From Cycas panzhihuaensis (taxonomy: Eukaryota > Plantae > Cycadophyta): DNA of 64,000 nt. The stretch covers positions 137,647,741 to 137,711,740 of the forward strand of contig CM041465.1 in the NCBI GenBank assembly GCA_023213395.1, read 5' to 3'. Below the pieces are notes generated by a model, which was not told the origin of the DNA, ran no database searches, and saw only the letters and a list, made by a program, of their open reading frames with translations. Shown one piece after another: positions 36,240-50,449 of the stretch; within the stretch, counting starts at the first letter, position 1; each line of letters begins with the position of its first letter. Both the position numbers and the translations under genes were made by a program.

Positions 36240-37709
36240 ATGGACCTTATATGATGTAATTTTAACTATTGTCTAATGAAATAAAAAGAGTTATGTGAAC
36301 AATTGTGTGTACTTATTATGGAATGCATGTGAATTGTGGACTTATATGGACAATTAACTAAAGAATATGTATGTTGACCACCTACACACTCCCTAGACTA
36401 TAGTGGAAAAGCCTTGACAAGTGAAGAACTGCAGTAGGAAGTAGATTTCTTAGTCAACGCTTATACTGAACATGTCTATTGTAATTGAGTGGTGTGTAAT
36501 CTGTATTCCAAGTGTTCTCGTATTGCTCTATGAGGTTTGTTTTTAGGGAATGTTAATTGTTGCCCATTGCCTTCTTGCATGTTCTTTTCTACCAATGGAA
36601 CCATTGAAGTTCCTTATCACATAAAGGGAGAGATGCTATTAAGACTTGCTCTTGATCGTGTAGGGTGTATGCCTGGAAGTAGATTTCCACCTGGAGTATC
36701 CAACTGTGAATATCTCTTGATTTGTTAGGACCATTTAAGAAAAAAAAAAATTGTCCCTTTGATGCCATTTTTTGGTTCAAAATCCCTTTGATTTCTTTGC
36801 TAGTGGTCCCTTTGGTTCTTTTGTTCATAGAATTCTTCTTCAAACTCCCAACAATCTTTGTGTTTCTGAGATTTATCTTGTCTTCAAGTTTCTCCTTCTT
36901 CTTTAATCTTGTCCAACCTCTTGCTTATGTTGTTCAGTGAATTCTTGAGGTCATTTAGGGTTCCTTCTAAATGTGTGTCCATGCTTTATATCTTATCATT
37001 CAGTTGGTTGACCCTTTTATCTATGTCTCCTATTATTACTAACAGGGTATTCACCATCTTGTTTTGTTAAAGAGTCCTTCCTGACCTTAGTTCCATTTGA
37101 AAGGAAGTTGGGTAAGGAAAGAAAAGGAGGATAGCATTTCCTTATTTTCACTTTGACTTCCTTTGTTATAATAAAGTTGAATCTCCTTCAGAATGGCTTC
37201 TAACGAACCTCTAATAACTCTTGTAGCAATGCCATAAACCAAATTTATCGAAAACTAGGAAAATAGTGTGTAATATACATAAAGAATGTAAGCCATCTAA
37301 TATTTGATATCACACAAGAGAGTACTTAACCAGAATAGATAAATTAAGCTTTTAATATCAATTTCGAATATAATAAATGCTATGTACGACTTACGGAAAA
37401 AATCACCGATTCTATCTTTCTCTTCAAGGCAAGGTTCCCTCCCAAATTGTAGCCCTAAAGGCCAAAAATACAGCAACCACTATTGACTTTGGATGCCCTA
37501 GGAAGAGGCCCAAGATCCTTATAAATAGGCGGCACAAATGGCGCTAAGTAACTCGGCCAAAAGGAGGATGGAAGTAAGCTAGAATAATCATTCAAAGTTG
37601 GTTAGAATACATTTTGAAGTTGGCCAGAAAATAAGGTAATTCCTACTCACTTTAAGTCGGACAAACAACTCTTTAGAAGTTGACTAGATAGGAGGAAAGG
37701 AATGCTACA
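36240..37709 (-). mobile_element. Reina-like chromovirus 5' half (LTR 37222-37709, decayed PBS, gag)
   Basis: The LTR begins TGTAGCATTCCT like the 5508 LTR and shares GGAGGGAACCTTGCCTTGAAGAG. Gag SRDIHSWILQVEIYF..LQWFHW parallels the gag at 6440-6580. Confidence 0.8.
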
Positions 37710-37989
37710 TAGGTCTTCATTATATCCATAGCCTCTCATCATTCGCTAATGAGCTTATATAGAGTGAAACATGTTCTAATTACACAATATACAATTTGAG
37801 TTGTTAATGGAAGACTCTTTTGCAATGTTCTATTAAATCTCTTTTGAATCTCTCGTGTGCTTTATTGCATCTACTGTTTGCTCACTTTATTAAATATTTT
37901 GCTTGCACTTTTCCTCTAAGTAATATGTATTGCTCATTATATTTTCCTCTCCTAAACAAGATGTTCTATTTGAGTCTAAGCTATCATAA

Positions 37990-40900
37990 ACCAACACAAC
38001 AAGATCTTTCAAGACATTCCAAAAGGGCAATAGAGTTAATGAGCATGCAATACAGTTAATACTAGGAGTTGCACTAGTCAACATCTGACCTTACAGACAC
38101 CCACACCACTTCAAGAAGGAAATACAACAAATCGCCAAGAATTTGTTACAACAAGGAAACTATTGTGGCCAATTCCAGTCCTTTTCTATCACCAGTTATT
38201 TTGATCAAAAAGAAGGATGGGTCGCATCGGATGTGTGCTCACTATCTTGCTCTCAACAAGTTAACAATCAAGAACAGGTGTCCAATGCTATGGATTGACG
38301 TTTTGTGAGATGAACTACATGGTGCTAAGAACATCTCTAGGATTGATCTTACTTCAAAGACATGCATAAAACAACTTTATAGATAGATCAAGGCTTATTT
38401 GAGTTTTGGGTGATACCATTTGAATTTGGTTAATGAATCAATAACATTCAATGCACCATGAACATGGTGGTTAAACCATTATCAAGAAACTTGCCCTACT
38501 ATTCTTCAATGACATTTTGATTTATAGCCAAACATTAGACAAATACTTGGAGCATTTGTAGGAAGTTTTGCAAGTCTTGGAAGAAAACCAATTCTTCACA
38601 AATAAATCCAAATCCACCTTTGGACAAATAGAACTAGAATATTTGGGGCATATCATCACCCAAGACAGAGTAAAGAAGGATCCTAAAAAAAGTCCAAGCC
38701 ATCGTGAATTTGCCCACGTCAAATAATATCGCAAGTGCTAGATATTTTTTGGGCGATTGGATTTTGTGACACTTCATAAAAGGATATGCAATCATAATAG
38801 CACCATTAACGAGCCTCACAAAGAAGGGAGCTTTCATATGGCACCAACCAGTAGAACAAGCTTTCCAAGGATTGAAGAATGCCATGCTCACTACGTTGTT
38901 TTAGCTACATAAGACGTAAGAGAACCATTTATTTTGGAATGTGATGCTTAAGGAGTTGGATTAGAAGCAATTTTGCTTTAGAACAAGCAACCCATAGCTT
39001 ACGAAAGTCAGAGACTAAATTCAAGAAAACAACTAAAACATATTTACAACAAGGAAATGCTTACAATTATGCATGCCATCCACCAATGGCAACAATACTT
39101 AGTAAGGAGCAAATTCTTCATCAAGACTAATCATAGCAGGACTTAAGTATTTCTTGAATCAAAGGGTTTTATCAAACAAGTAACAAAAATGGGTAAGCAA
39201 ATTGCAAGCTTTCGACTTTGGTATCATCTACAAGAAAGGGAAAGAGAATGTGGTGGTAGATCCACTAACTAGGAATCCAAAGCAACCCACCCTTTGGGCA
39301 ATTTCAATGGCCACACATAGTTGGACACACGAGTTGGTACAAGAATACTAGAAAGATCGAGGGCACAACATATACTCTACAAAATCCAAGCAAGAACACA
39401 AACGAAATCTGATTATGGGTGATTTAATTTTGCATAGGGGGAAGATCTTTGTCCCTCATACATCAACACTCGAGGAGAAGTTCATTCAAGAAGTTCATGT
39501 GACACCATTATTAGGGCATAGGGATCGACAAAATGTATTTCCAAGTCCATAATATATTTTTCTCGAAAAGTTTGAAAGTAGATGTCTACAAGTTTGTATT
39601 AGAATGTGACACTTGTCAAAGAACAATAGCGAAAATATTAGAATTCTAAGATCACTTTACCCGTTATATATACTAGAACAAAAATGGGAGGAAATATCAA
39701 TGGATTTTATAATAAGTCTATTGAGATAAGGAAGTAAGGACTTGTTATTTATAGTAGTGGATCAATTGGCTAAGTATACACACTTTAGAGGTACTCAGTC
39801 CATAGTTAAGGCTAGTCAGATTGTCAATCTATTTATTAAAGAATTTTGCAGACTACAGGGTTTTCCCAAAGTGATAGTAAGTGATCTAATCTAAAATTCA
39901 TGAACAACTTTTGACATGAGATGTTCCACCAGGGAGGTACTAAGCTCACAATGAGCATAGCCTATCATCCACAAATAGAAGCAGTGAATAAATGTTTGGA
40001 AGGCTATCTTCAGAACTTTTCACCTAATAAGTAACAACATTAGCATAAGTGGTTATATCCAACTGAATGGTGGTACAATACCACCTATCACACCTTAGTC
40101 AAGATGACTCTTTTAGGCATTATATGGTTATGAACCCCTATCTCTCCTCCCATGGGCCAATAACTCCTTGTACTTGTTGTATAGGACCAACAACAATAGT
40201 TGGCTCAGATAGTACAAATTTTGAAGGACTATTTCAACAGCAAGGAACCATACGCAATAAAAAGTTGATTTGCATAGATTAGAAAGGTTGTTTGACAAAG
40301 GAGGTGGGTTTTTTTTAACGCTTCAACTATATAAACAATTTACGCTAAAGCAGGCAAGGAGGTTTAAATTGTGGCCACAATTTTATGGGCCTTATTAGAT
40401 CTTGGAGAACGTACAAGAGGTAGCCTACCAACTTGATCTACTACTTAACAACAAAGTGCACAATGTATTGCACGTCTCTTGTGACAATACTTCCCATGAT
40501 AATCAAGACAATACTTCCCATATTAGACGAAGAAGGATAGTTTACTATAGAACCTGAAGCCATTATCCATATTCAAACTAAGCAGCTTTGCTCTAAGAAG
40601 ATTTGTGAGTATTTGATCACGTGGAGAGGCCTCAACAAGGAAGATGCCACATGGGAATCTGAAGCATGGTGCCAACAACATTCTCACATTTCCATGTTTT
40701 GAAGGCAAAACATGTTTTCAACAGGGAGAACTTGTAGCATTTCTTTTGAATGCATAACTAGGCTCTACTCTTAATATTTTGTTCTTTATTTTTCTCTCTT
40801 AATTTTGGTTGGATGCCTTTCTCAAAACCAACTTCTATTTTTAAATTTTACTTCACTTGTATATGGGGCATCCTATCCCTATTGTAAGGCATCATTAGAA

Positions 40901-41000
40901 GATTATCCAATTTGCTATTTTATTTCACAGGATTTGTTTTGGGAGGACACCCCATGTTAAAGGGGCGTATTGTGGTGTTCAATAATTGTAAGTTTTGGAC
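37990..41000 (+). mobile_element. Degenerate Reina-like chromovirus 3' half (RT-RH-IN-chromodomain, PPT, LTR start at 40733)
   Basis: Colinear with 7830-10600: [50 protein letters not shown]; then GGGAGAAC-T-TGTAGCATT. Confidence 0.9.
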
Positions 41001-41104
41001 ATTTTATAAATAATATTGAGTATTATTATTGTCTTTGTGATTAGTATTTTTAATTAATCTTTGAGATTTGGTTATTTTACTTTAGCAATTGTCATCATAT
41101 CACA

Positions 41105-44100
41105 TGGTATATTTGGATTTGCTTTGCTAAATAGCATAGATCTGTGTGTTTTCAATTGTTTTTCATATGAATGCCCACTATGATTCCTATAGATTGCCTT
41201 TGTGTTAAAGAGTTTGCCCTAGTCATATGAGAAGTTTGTCATAGTTTGACAATAGCTGAGAAACTCCGCACAATCACTTTTAATGAACTTGAGGGTTTGC
41301 TATTACAACAAGAGTAGTTGTTGAAAGAAAGTAATAAAGGCAAAACATTTGGTGCATATGCAATAAAGTACAAAGGGCATAAGCTCTTTATTTAGAAGAA
41401 GAATGTTGCTCCCAAGGAACATAATGCTTAGAAGAAGGGTCTTAAGTTCTTTAAAGGGCTAGGTAAATCAAGAGTATGTTATTACTATGATAGACCTAAG
41501 CACTTTAAAAAGAGTAGAAAGTTGTAATATGATTAATAGAAATAGTATGATTAGTTGAAATAGCAAAAGAAACAACGGTTTGGTTCTTTTTTCGGTCATT
41601 CTTCAAGTAAGGATGAAAAGGAATGACTCTTCATACCAATTTAATAGTTGAGGTATAATTTTGATGAAGCTTGTTATATTGATTCAAGTGTTGCTAGACA
41701 CATGGCATACAAGTTAGAATGGTTTAGACACGTGTGGGAGGCTAAAAGCCAATTTGTGATACTTGGTGTCGGCTCCACACTACCAGCTGAAGGAATTGGC
41801 TTGGTCTTTATAATTACACCATGTGGTGAGAGTACTTACATCAATGACATTTTATGTGTACCTAGACTAATGAAGGATATGATCTTTATTAGTCAAATTA
41901 AGAAAAATAACATGAATGTTCATTTTGAACATGGCAAATATATAATCAAAGATAGTAATGGAAAAGTCGTAGCAATAGGTATAGAAGAAGATGGCCTTTA
42001 TAAGTCGAAAGGTAGAAATGTGAATAAAAGAGCATTTACTACTAATATAACTCAGAAGAATCATTCACGGCTTAGATGCATGGGACATTTGAATTAGTCT
42101 TGTATTTGGTTGATGCTTAAATTGAATATGGTACATGGCTTACCAAGACTTGAAATTGAAAATTATCTATGTGAACCATGTATAATGATCAAGGAACATC
42201 AAGAGAAATTTGAAAGAGGTAAAGCCTTAAGAGTAAAAGAGAAATTGGACTTATGTCCACTATAATATTGTTGGTATTAGATTGGTTAAGTGTTAACCAC
42301 ATACTTACATTAATGTAAATGTGGTTAATTAGTGAGTTGATTAGTTGAATGCCCACGATTAACGAAGAGTTACATCTCTTTAGATGGACGTACCATACAA
42401 GTTTGTATATATACCAACCCTTAGATTGGATGTATCATCTCATTATAGTGCAATCAACGTAACGATTGATTTGGCTTAGTGGGCTTTTCAGAAGCGGTTT
42501 TCGACATAAATCTAGTGTACTATTCTTTGTTGTTTGATGCTTATTATGTATGTTAAAGATTTGGATGTATGTTGTGCATGTTAAACCATTCACAATCTTA
42601 ACATGGTATCAGAGCAAGCATCAAACAATAAAGAATAGTGCACAGGATATACCTAGGAAAACTCTTTTGGAAAATACTGCCTTCGCTTGGAGATTTCTAA
42701 TTGAAGCCTAATTCCTTACATTTCCATTAAAGGGGGCGCTATAGTGGTTAAGTGTTAACCATATAGTTAATTAATGTAAATGTGGTTAATTAATGAGTTG
42801 ATTAGTTGAATAGCCATGATTAACGAAGAGTCGCATTTCTTTATATGGATGTACCATATGGGTTTATATATATTCCAAGCCCTAGGTTGGACTGTAATGA
42901 ATGTAATGATTGATTTGGCTTGGTGGGTTTCTTTCTCAAGAGGGCTTTTCTACATATATTCAGTGTATCATTCTTTGTTATTTGATGCTTGTTGTGTATG
43001 CTAAAGATCTGGATGTATGTTGTGCATGTTAAACCATTTACAATCTTGGCATGAACTAATACTAACAAGATCACTTGGAGGTGCAAAATAACTTTTTACC
43101 TTGATGCTTTCTCGAGGAAAGCATGGGTTTATTCCATAATGAGAAGTCACATGCCTTTGATATTTTCAAAGAATTTAAAGAGAAGGCTAAAAATAAAAGT
43201 GCACAGGTTGAAAATCCTCAGATCTAATAATAGTGGTGAATACACCTCCAAAGAATTTGATCAATGTTGTAAGAATCATGGAATCAAAAAGTAGTTCACA
43301 ACTATATATACACCATAGTAAAATAAAATAGCGGGAAGGATGAATATGACTCTTATTGAAAATGCCAAGTTAATATTGAATGCCAAGAGTTTACTAGATT
43401 CGACAAGAGCTATGATGCAACAATTTACTTGACGAACAAGAGTCCTATAAAGGTTGTTAGGAATGTGATGCTTGAGGAGGCTTGGATAGACAGAAAGCCT
43501 ACAATGAGCCCTCGTAGAATCTTTGAGTGTATAGGATGCATACACATTCCAAAGGAGAAACAATAAAAATTTGATTAAGAAAATTTAAATTGCATTTTCG
43601 TTTGGTATAATGAGATGGGCAAAACTTATTGAGTGTCGGTGAAAAATCAAAATGGTGCACACAACTTGTGGCGCCATATTTGAAGAAAGTGACAAGGAGA
43701 AAACCCTAGGTTCATTGCAATTTAGGCGGGAGAAAGGAAAACAAATCAGAAACAACTATAATCAAGTTTTTGAGAGAATTTGTCATATCAGAATCATAAC
43801 CGATCAATGCATTAGTTGATACTATTGATGAAGAGGAGGGATTTGAGGATGTTAAATCTGAAATCATTTTACCATCAAAGAGGTTGCTCAAATGGTATCT
43901 GAAAACAATTGTTGATGCATAGTCACTTGAGATACAAGGTAAGCAAAAATCCAAGATGAGACCTATATAAGGGTCAATTATGCTCTTATGACATAGGTGC
44001 TTAATGCAAAAAAGGCTTCCACTTTTAAGGGGGCAAATTCAGAGAAAAAGTGGAAAGACATTATAGATGTTGAAATCTGAGCAGTGAGCAAGAATAAAAC

Positions 44101-45855
44101 TTGGGATTTAGTATAATTTCTCAAAGGGAAATGTGCAATTGGATGTAGACGGGTTTATATGACCAAATTCATATAAAATGGCTCGATTGAAATATAAAAC
44201 TAGATTAGTGGCTAAAGGCTTCAAGTAGAAAGGAGGAGTTGATGATCAGGAGACGTTTGCTCTAGTAGTAAAAATGATGACTATAAGGATCATACTTGCT
44301 TTCACTTCCTAATTTAAATGGAAATTACACTAGTTTGATATGAATAGTATTCTCCTCAATGGAGATTTGATAGAAGAGGTCTATATGGAGTAGCCAATTG
44401 GATATCTGAGGAAGAGGGTAAGGGATATTTGGTATGTCCCTCTAAAAAGGCTTTGTATGGCTTAAAGCGACTTATTAAAGCACAGGTATTTTTAAAATTG
44501 ATGATTGTTTTCATAAGAATGGATTTAAAAATTCGTTAGTTGATTCAAACTTGTATATAAAGGTTCATGATGGAAGATTTGTGACCTCCATGCTCTTGTA
44601 TCTTTGGTGATTTAGTCATAACAAGCAATGATACCTCAATTGTAAAAGACTTAAAAGAAGATTTAAAGAACACTTTTAAAATGATTGATCTTCAACTACT
44701 CCATTATTTCCTCAAATTAGAAGTTTGGTAAAGAGCTAGTAGGATATCCATTTTACATACTAAATACACATGGAAAATTTTGGAAAATTTCAGAATGGAG
44801 GACTACAAGCCTTCGTTGATCCCAATGGAAGCATGGACAAAGTTATTAGTTTAAGATGAAGGGAAGCAGGTATATGGCAATTTATGCAGGACAAAAAGTT
44901 AAAAGTTACATTTATTTGATTACAACTAAACCTAATATTATTTATGCAATAGGCATGGGATCCAAGTTCATGATAGAACTAAAGCAAAGCCATTAGAAAA
45001 TTGGAAGGAGGATTTTGAGATACTTGTAGGAAACACTATAGTATGGACTTGAGTTTACCCACAACAATAATTTTGTCTTGGAGGGTCTTTTTTATTTAGA
45101 TTAGGTTGGATGCATTGACAGTAGAAGGTTCATTTTTAGATACTATTTTAGTTTTAGATTAGTTATTGTAACTTGGAGCAACAAAAAACAACCCAATGAT
45201 GTCATTTCCTTTACTAAAGCATAGCATAACGCTGTAGTTGTAGCATGCGAAGCCATCTAGTTAAAATTGTTTCTTAGTGATTTAGGTTTTTATTAAAAAG
45301 GCATTACAAAGTTGGACCATTATAATTCAAGTACATTGAAGATAGCCAAGAATCTAGCGTTTTATGCATGAAACATATTGAGGTGCATTATCATTTTATT
45401 AGAGAAGACTCAAAATGGGGAGATTGAGTTGATTTACAAGCCTATTAATGAAAAGTTGGCACACATCTTCACCAAATTGTTGGCACAAGACAAACTTGAG
45501 AAGTTTAGAGATGGTATTAATGTTAAAGCCAATGAAATAAACATTAAAGAGTACTAGAATTAATGTTCGCTTGGGTCATAATTTAATGTTGTGAGTCCTA
45601 GTGGTTAAGCGAGTCCTTGATGGGTTAGTTTGAACCATGTGTTATTGAGAGTTACCAAAGTCTTTAGTGGGCGCATGACACGAGTTAGGATAATTACCAC
45701 TCTAATGGATAGTTATTTGGCCAACACTTGTATTTATATCTATATTATACTTTGTATCACACAATTCAATATTAATGGAAAATATTTGAAGATAGACTAA
45801 TTTTACTACAAAATCTTTGTTTGTTGTTCTATTATTAACTCATTTTTTCTTACAT
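41105..45855 (+). mobile_element. Degenerate Ty1/Copia (gag-PR-IN-RT-RH plus probable 3' LTR ~45553-45853), interrupted by a TRIM
   Basis: ITFNELEGLLLQ; decayed knuckle ~41475; CYIDSSVARHM protease; GHLN; LRSNNSGEYTS; RLVAKGF; QETFA; HIEVHYHFIRE; HIFTK. Confidence 0.88.
42276..43051 (+). mobile_element. TRIM (terminal-repeat retrotransposon in miniature), ~780 bp
   Basis: Two ~310-330-bp direct repeats (~42276-42603 and 42740-43051), perfect PBS TGGTATCAGAGC 42604-42615, PPT AAAGGGGGCGC ~42729-42739, 136-bp non-coding interior. It interrupts the host integrase near the ..DICG/PM.. region. Confidence 0.9.
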
Positions 45856-47056
45856 AGATAATACTTGGTGGGAGTGAGGTAGACAAACTCAATATTCTAG
45901 GTTGTAGCTTATCTTCAAGGTAAATTTTGATGTAAAAAATTAAATACTATAATCTAAAGCATAGTATCCTAACACTAGTTTGACAAAATGACAAAATACA
46001 ATTGCCAATTTAAAAATCAAATTAGTAATTAGATTAAACTTACGGCTAAAAGGAGGTTATTGATAAATTACAACTAATTGTCAGGAAGGGTTTAATAAAC
46101 TAGGTTTAGGTTAATGAGACATGGAAGTTTGGCTGAATGCTTGAATGTTATGTAATGTTTGAATGCTTACATGTTATGAAAAAAGGAAGAAAGAATAAAA
46201 TTTTAAGTCAAAGAATATTTCTAATAAAAAAATTTCTCTAGGATATTTTAAAACATAAATTTTATAATATTTATGTAAAAATATTTTTTATTATTATATT
46301 TTAGACTAAGTCGGGTGTTGGAGCGCATCACTTAGTACTACATTTTGATGTAAAAAATGTTCCAAGTTAGACTCCTAGGAGATTTATAGGGGTGAACGGG
46401 ATGAAAGGATGACAAATTCCAACAAACTAGAAACTGGTTCTCTCTTCAAAACTCAACATCTTTAAAGAAAAAAAAAAAAAAAATTAGATTTAATATTTGA
46501 TTTATAACTTTACAAGAAATATAAATATAAGCACACTAGGGAAAATCAAGTTGATCTATGTTAGTGATTGGTGTGCATTTTTGCATATCAATTTGGCGAG
46601 GCTCCTTTGAGTGTTGCGTGTTTTTGTCTTCGTGCGAAGATAAATGGGCATGATAGAGATCAACCCCTGTGCAGTACTATGTACTTCTGTTCTTCCTTGA
46701 TAGTGAATTATATTTCTTGTGTTCGTTGCATGAGAACGAATACAAGGTAGAATGGATGAATGCAAGGAGAGGGAAATGCGCTCTAGAGTGCAAACGTGAT
46801 CTTGCTGCTGGGAATCTCACACCTACAAGCTGTAGGAGTGGAAAGAAATGCAAACGGAGGCCACCTGCGCTTGGGTTTATGAATACTAATGATTGCAACA
46901 GATGCAGGGAAAGGAGTTAGGTCAAAATCTGAGTAGAGGCCAAGGATTTTAAGGATGAGGGACCTAGAGGAGTGTTGAGTTTGTAAGGAAGAAAAGATAA
47001 AAAAGACTAGAAGAAAATTGGATGATTTATCTCTAGAACTAATCTGGAAAGAATTG

Positions 47057-47449
47057 GCTCTGATACCAATTGTAGGGGTTCTGCCACTCCAGCATAGCAG
47101 GGACCATGTTCTACCAAAATTGGCTCCAAATGGAGATGCCTCAGGGCAGAATAATACAGCAACAAATATTTGATGCCCATTCCCTAAGGCTGCAACCCTT
47201 ATAAGTAGACACCCGCTAACACCCACATGGTGTGGTTAGCTTCCTAGCCATCTTGGGCCACTACAGGGTTAGTAAAATCAGTGGTCGGTGATCGGGGTCA
47301 ATGGAATCGACATGAGGTTAGGGAGTTGATACCACATGGTGTGGTTGGCTTCCTAGCCATCTTGGGCCACTATAGGGTTAGTAAAATTAGTGAGGTCAGT
47401 GATCGGGGTCAATGGAATCGACATGATGTTAGGGATTTGAGTCGGGACA
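47057..47449 (-). mobile_element. Orphan 5' LTR (47071-47449) with tRNA-Met PBS and an internal ~108-bp tandem duplication
   Basis: GCTCTGATACCA 47057-47068 then TGTAGGGG...GTCGGGACA. Repeat units start at ~47223 and ~47332. Confidence 0.75.
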
Positions 47450-49429
47450 TGTGCCTAAGGTGGCTTTTCAAACCAACACCCACATCAAATTATCTTCATA
47501 CCTTTCAAGGTTGTGCCATTGAATTTGCAACCTTCAAATTCGTGGAACAACTTGAGAACTATTCATTAAAAGTTTGTAATCCTTTTATTACCGAAGATTG
47601 CTTTTCATGCTAAGCGGTGTTGTCCATCTTTGCATCAATTTGGTTAAGAAAGAATAAACTATTTGGGGCTTTGCTTGCCTGTAATAGTAGTTCAGGTTGA
47701 TGAGAGGGAATATTAGAGCAATCAAAAGTTGATCTAACCCAGTAACCTCTTGCAACATGGAGCCCTTTCTTGGTTAGCTTCGTCCTGCAGATGATTTGTT
47801 GGAGACTTTCACACAAAGAAGCCTCATTCTAACAAGAAATTTTGAGAGTTACTTCCATTAGACTAGAGTTTTTGGAAGTGTCATTGGGGTTCTGATCATT
47901 GAAACCAAAAAAGTCATTTGCTTCAAGAACAAAAATGATGACAGTGAGTGGTTAAGAGCTATAGATGTTCGCCGTATGTTGTGTTTTAGTGATAACATCT
48001 ACAAGTAACATTACTTCCCAATGATCGACTTGAAGTATCATCTGACCCAATTGGTGCTTGCTTAATGGGACATAGAAAAGATGGGAAAATACCATAACAA
48101 GGACCAGAATGCACCATTAGGACATACAAAGGCATAGTCAGCAAGGTGTGTGTGTTATCTGGAATTTTTGTTGTTAAGTGATTGCTACCATTAGATTTCT
48201 AGTTTAGCAGATTCAGGACATACTTTGTTTTTGTCTTTGAACAACATAGTGCTTGAGATAAATAGAGGCCGCATGGGAAGAATGCATTCTTGCACAACAC
48301 TCCTTTTCATAGATCAATAGGGATTTACTTACGTAGAAGGGCGAATTTTCATCTGCCTAATTATGAATTTGGAATGGTGATTGCCATTCTCACCCTACTA
48401 GCGGTCACAAAGGATTTGGGAAAAACATGTTTGAACATAAGAATCCATTTTATCATGCAGTTTTGTATGAGGATAAAAGCAGTAAGTTAAGAAATTTGTC
48501 AAGCGAGCGTTCCTATCTGAGCCAACAAGTTAAAGAATGTTTCTGTTTGTGGATTTGACTATAGATTAGATTAAATGAGTCCTATAGGTGGCGGAGCAAA
48601 CTCCAGCTAGTGGTTAGATGAGAAATATGCAATTGCTGATTGAATCACTAAGCGCACAAACTTCCTGGCCAAGTGGACCATACAAAGCCTCTCTTGTGAC
48701 ATAATCCTTTTTCACTTATGGGAACATAAATGTCTTAAGGGTTCCACCTATCACCCTCAGATTCATGTCCAAACATGTATACGATAGAAGACTTGGAAGA
48801 GTGTGTTCAACACTTGCTTGTAAAATGATTAGTTTTATAGTGTTCTTACATAAATTTGTAAGAATATCTCTAGTTGCATCAGTATTTGAGGCCTTGTTTG
48901 GATTTGGGGCTTATATGAACATTTCTTGGCGGAAGTGTGTCTGATTTGCCCGCAAGAGAATGCACTGATGACATGGTGAAAGAGCTTAACGCAGAGCTAT
49001 TGGTGCCAAGACTTGGGAGACCTCTCTTGACCTTCACTTTGATGACCAATTCCATTCATATTGTGATGATTTAATGTGCAAATAAAATAGCTATGATGTG
49101 GTTAGGTGGCTATTGCACCCAACATGATTATAGAAGAGGCTTTAAGTTGCAATTGCAAACTCTTGCAATTTATCTTGTTCTTTGGATTTTTTCAAGATCA
49201 GTTGTTCCTCTGACAAATATGACCCTTATTTGGGTTGATTTGCTAGCTTAGCCCTGGAGTAGACTCAGATGTGGATTCTTCTGTTCCACCTGCTTGTATA
49301 AATATTGTTGTGTATGAGATTTGTGGTATAAATATTAATGCTTTAATAGTGACATTGATTAAAAAAAAAAAAAAACCTATGGAAATTAGATGTTCTAACT
49401 GCGATGTTCTTGTGTGCAACAGTACCACA

Positions 49430-49640
49430 TATATCCTCTTTATCTGTTTCATTTGTAAAAGTTAGATTAAGCTCAACAGTTGTAAGATGGCTTGGATTCA
49501 GAACAAGGCAATCTGTGAAGACTTGAAGTTGTAGCATATATATCCTTTTTATCTACTTGATTTGTAAAAGTTAGATTAAGCAGTGCAGTAACAAGGTCGT
49601 TTGGATTCAAACCAAGGCAATCTGTTAATACTTAATTGTG
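49430..49640. repeat. Diverged ~110-bp tandem duplication
   Basis: ATTTGTAAAAGTTAGATTAAGC..TTGGATTCA..CAAGGCAATCTGT occurs twice. Confidence 0.8.
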
Positions 49641-50449
49641 CAAAAGACTCTCTGAGAGTAATGTGGCCATTCATTTTGTAGTTATACGGTATCAGAAGTG
49701 TAGCAAGAGTCTTGCTTATTCGGCATTGATTTGAAAATTTGGCATAGCAAAGAGTGAAGCTGCTTTGCATTGAAATAAATAAATAAGACTTAGAAAAGAG
49801 ATGTTCCACCTTGGGTTTCGGAGGCAAAATTGTGTTGTTGATACTTGTTGGTGATGTTGTATATTTATACATGGACTTTCTATTAGCATTCAAAGCGTTT
49901 TAAGGTGCATTTGTATGTTGTGAAGTATTGGGATTTCCTATTGCAGATGTTCACTGAGCAATTGTGTTTTCGGGCATTCTTGAAAATGAAACCCAAAAGA
50001 TTTTGAGTGCAAACAGTTATTTTCATGAGGAAATGTTTTGCTAAAGCGGGGATTGAAATATACTATTTGACATTTCCATGGAAGATTTGGCCCAAAACTT
50101 ATTTGCGGAGGCAAGTAGGGTATCTGGTGTGTAGTATTAATTCACGGTTGCACAAGTTACATGAGACTTCAAAATCATCACACAATATTTTATGAGGGCA
50201 CTTTTAAATCTGTGTTTTAATTCAAAATCGATCTGTTTACATAGAAAATTTAAAATATGACAGGTTATAAAGAAAATTCGGAAATATATAGACCTACAAA
50301 ATAAAATAACAATTCTCTACATAGAAATAGAAATATAAATGGAAGTATATTAATGTTCTCAAATAGTGAAATAGTCAATGGTACTGGAGAATAGATGTCA
50401 CGCATACAATACATGGATAGGGGTGTGCGAACTTCTCCAATCTAAACCC

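Noticed and set aside
40958-41110. PPT-like AAAGGGGCG then TG..CA and TGGTAT as the 5' LTR of the Copia
   Set aside because: No visible similarity to the presumed 3' LTR at ~45553-45853.
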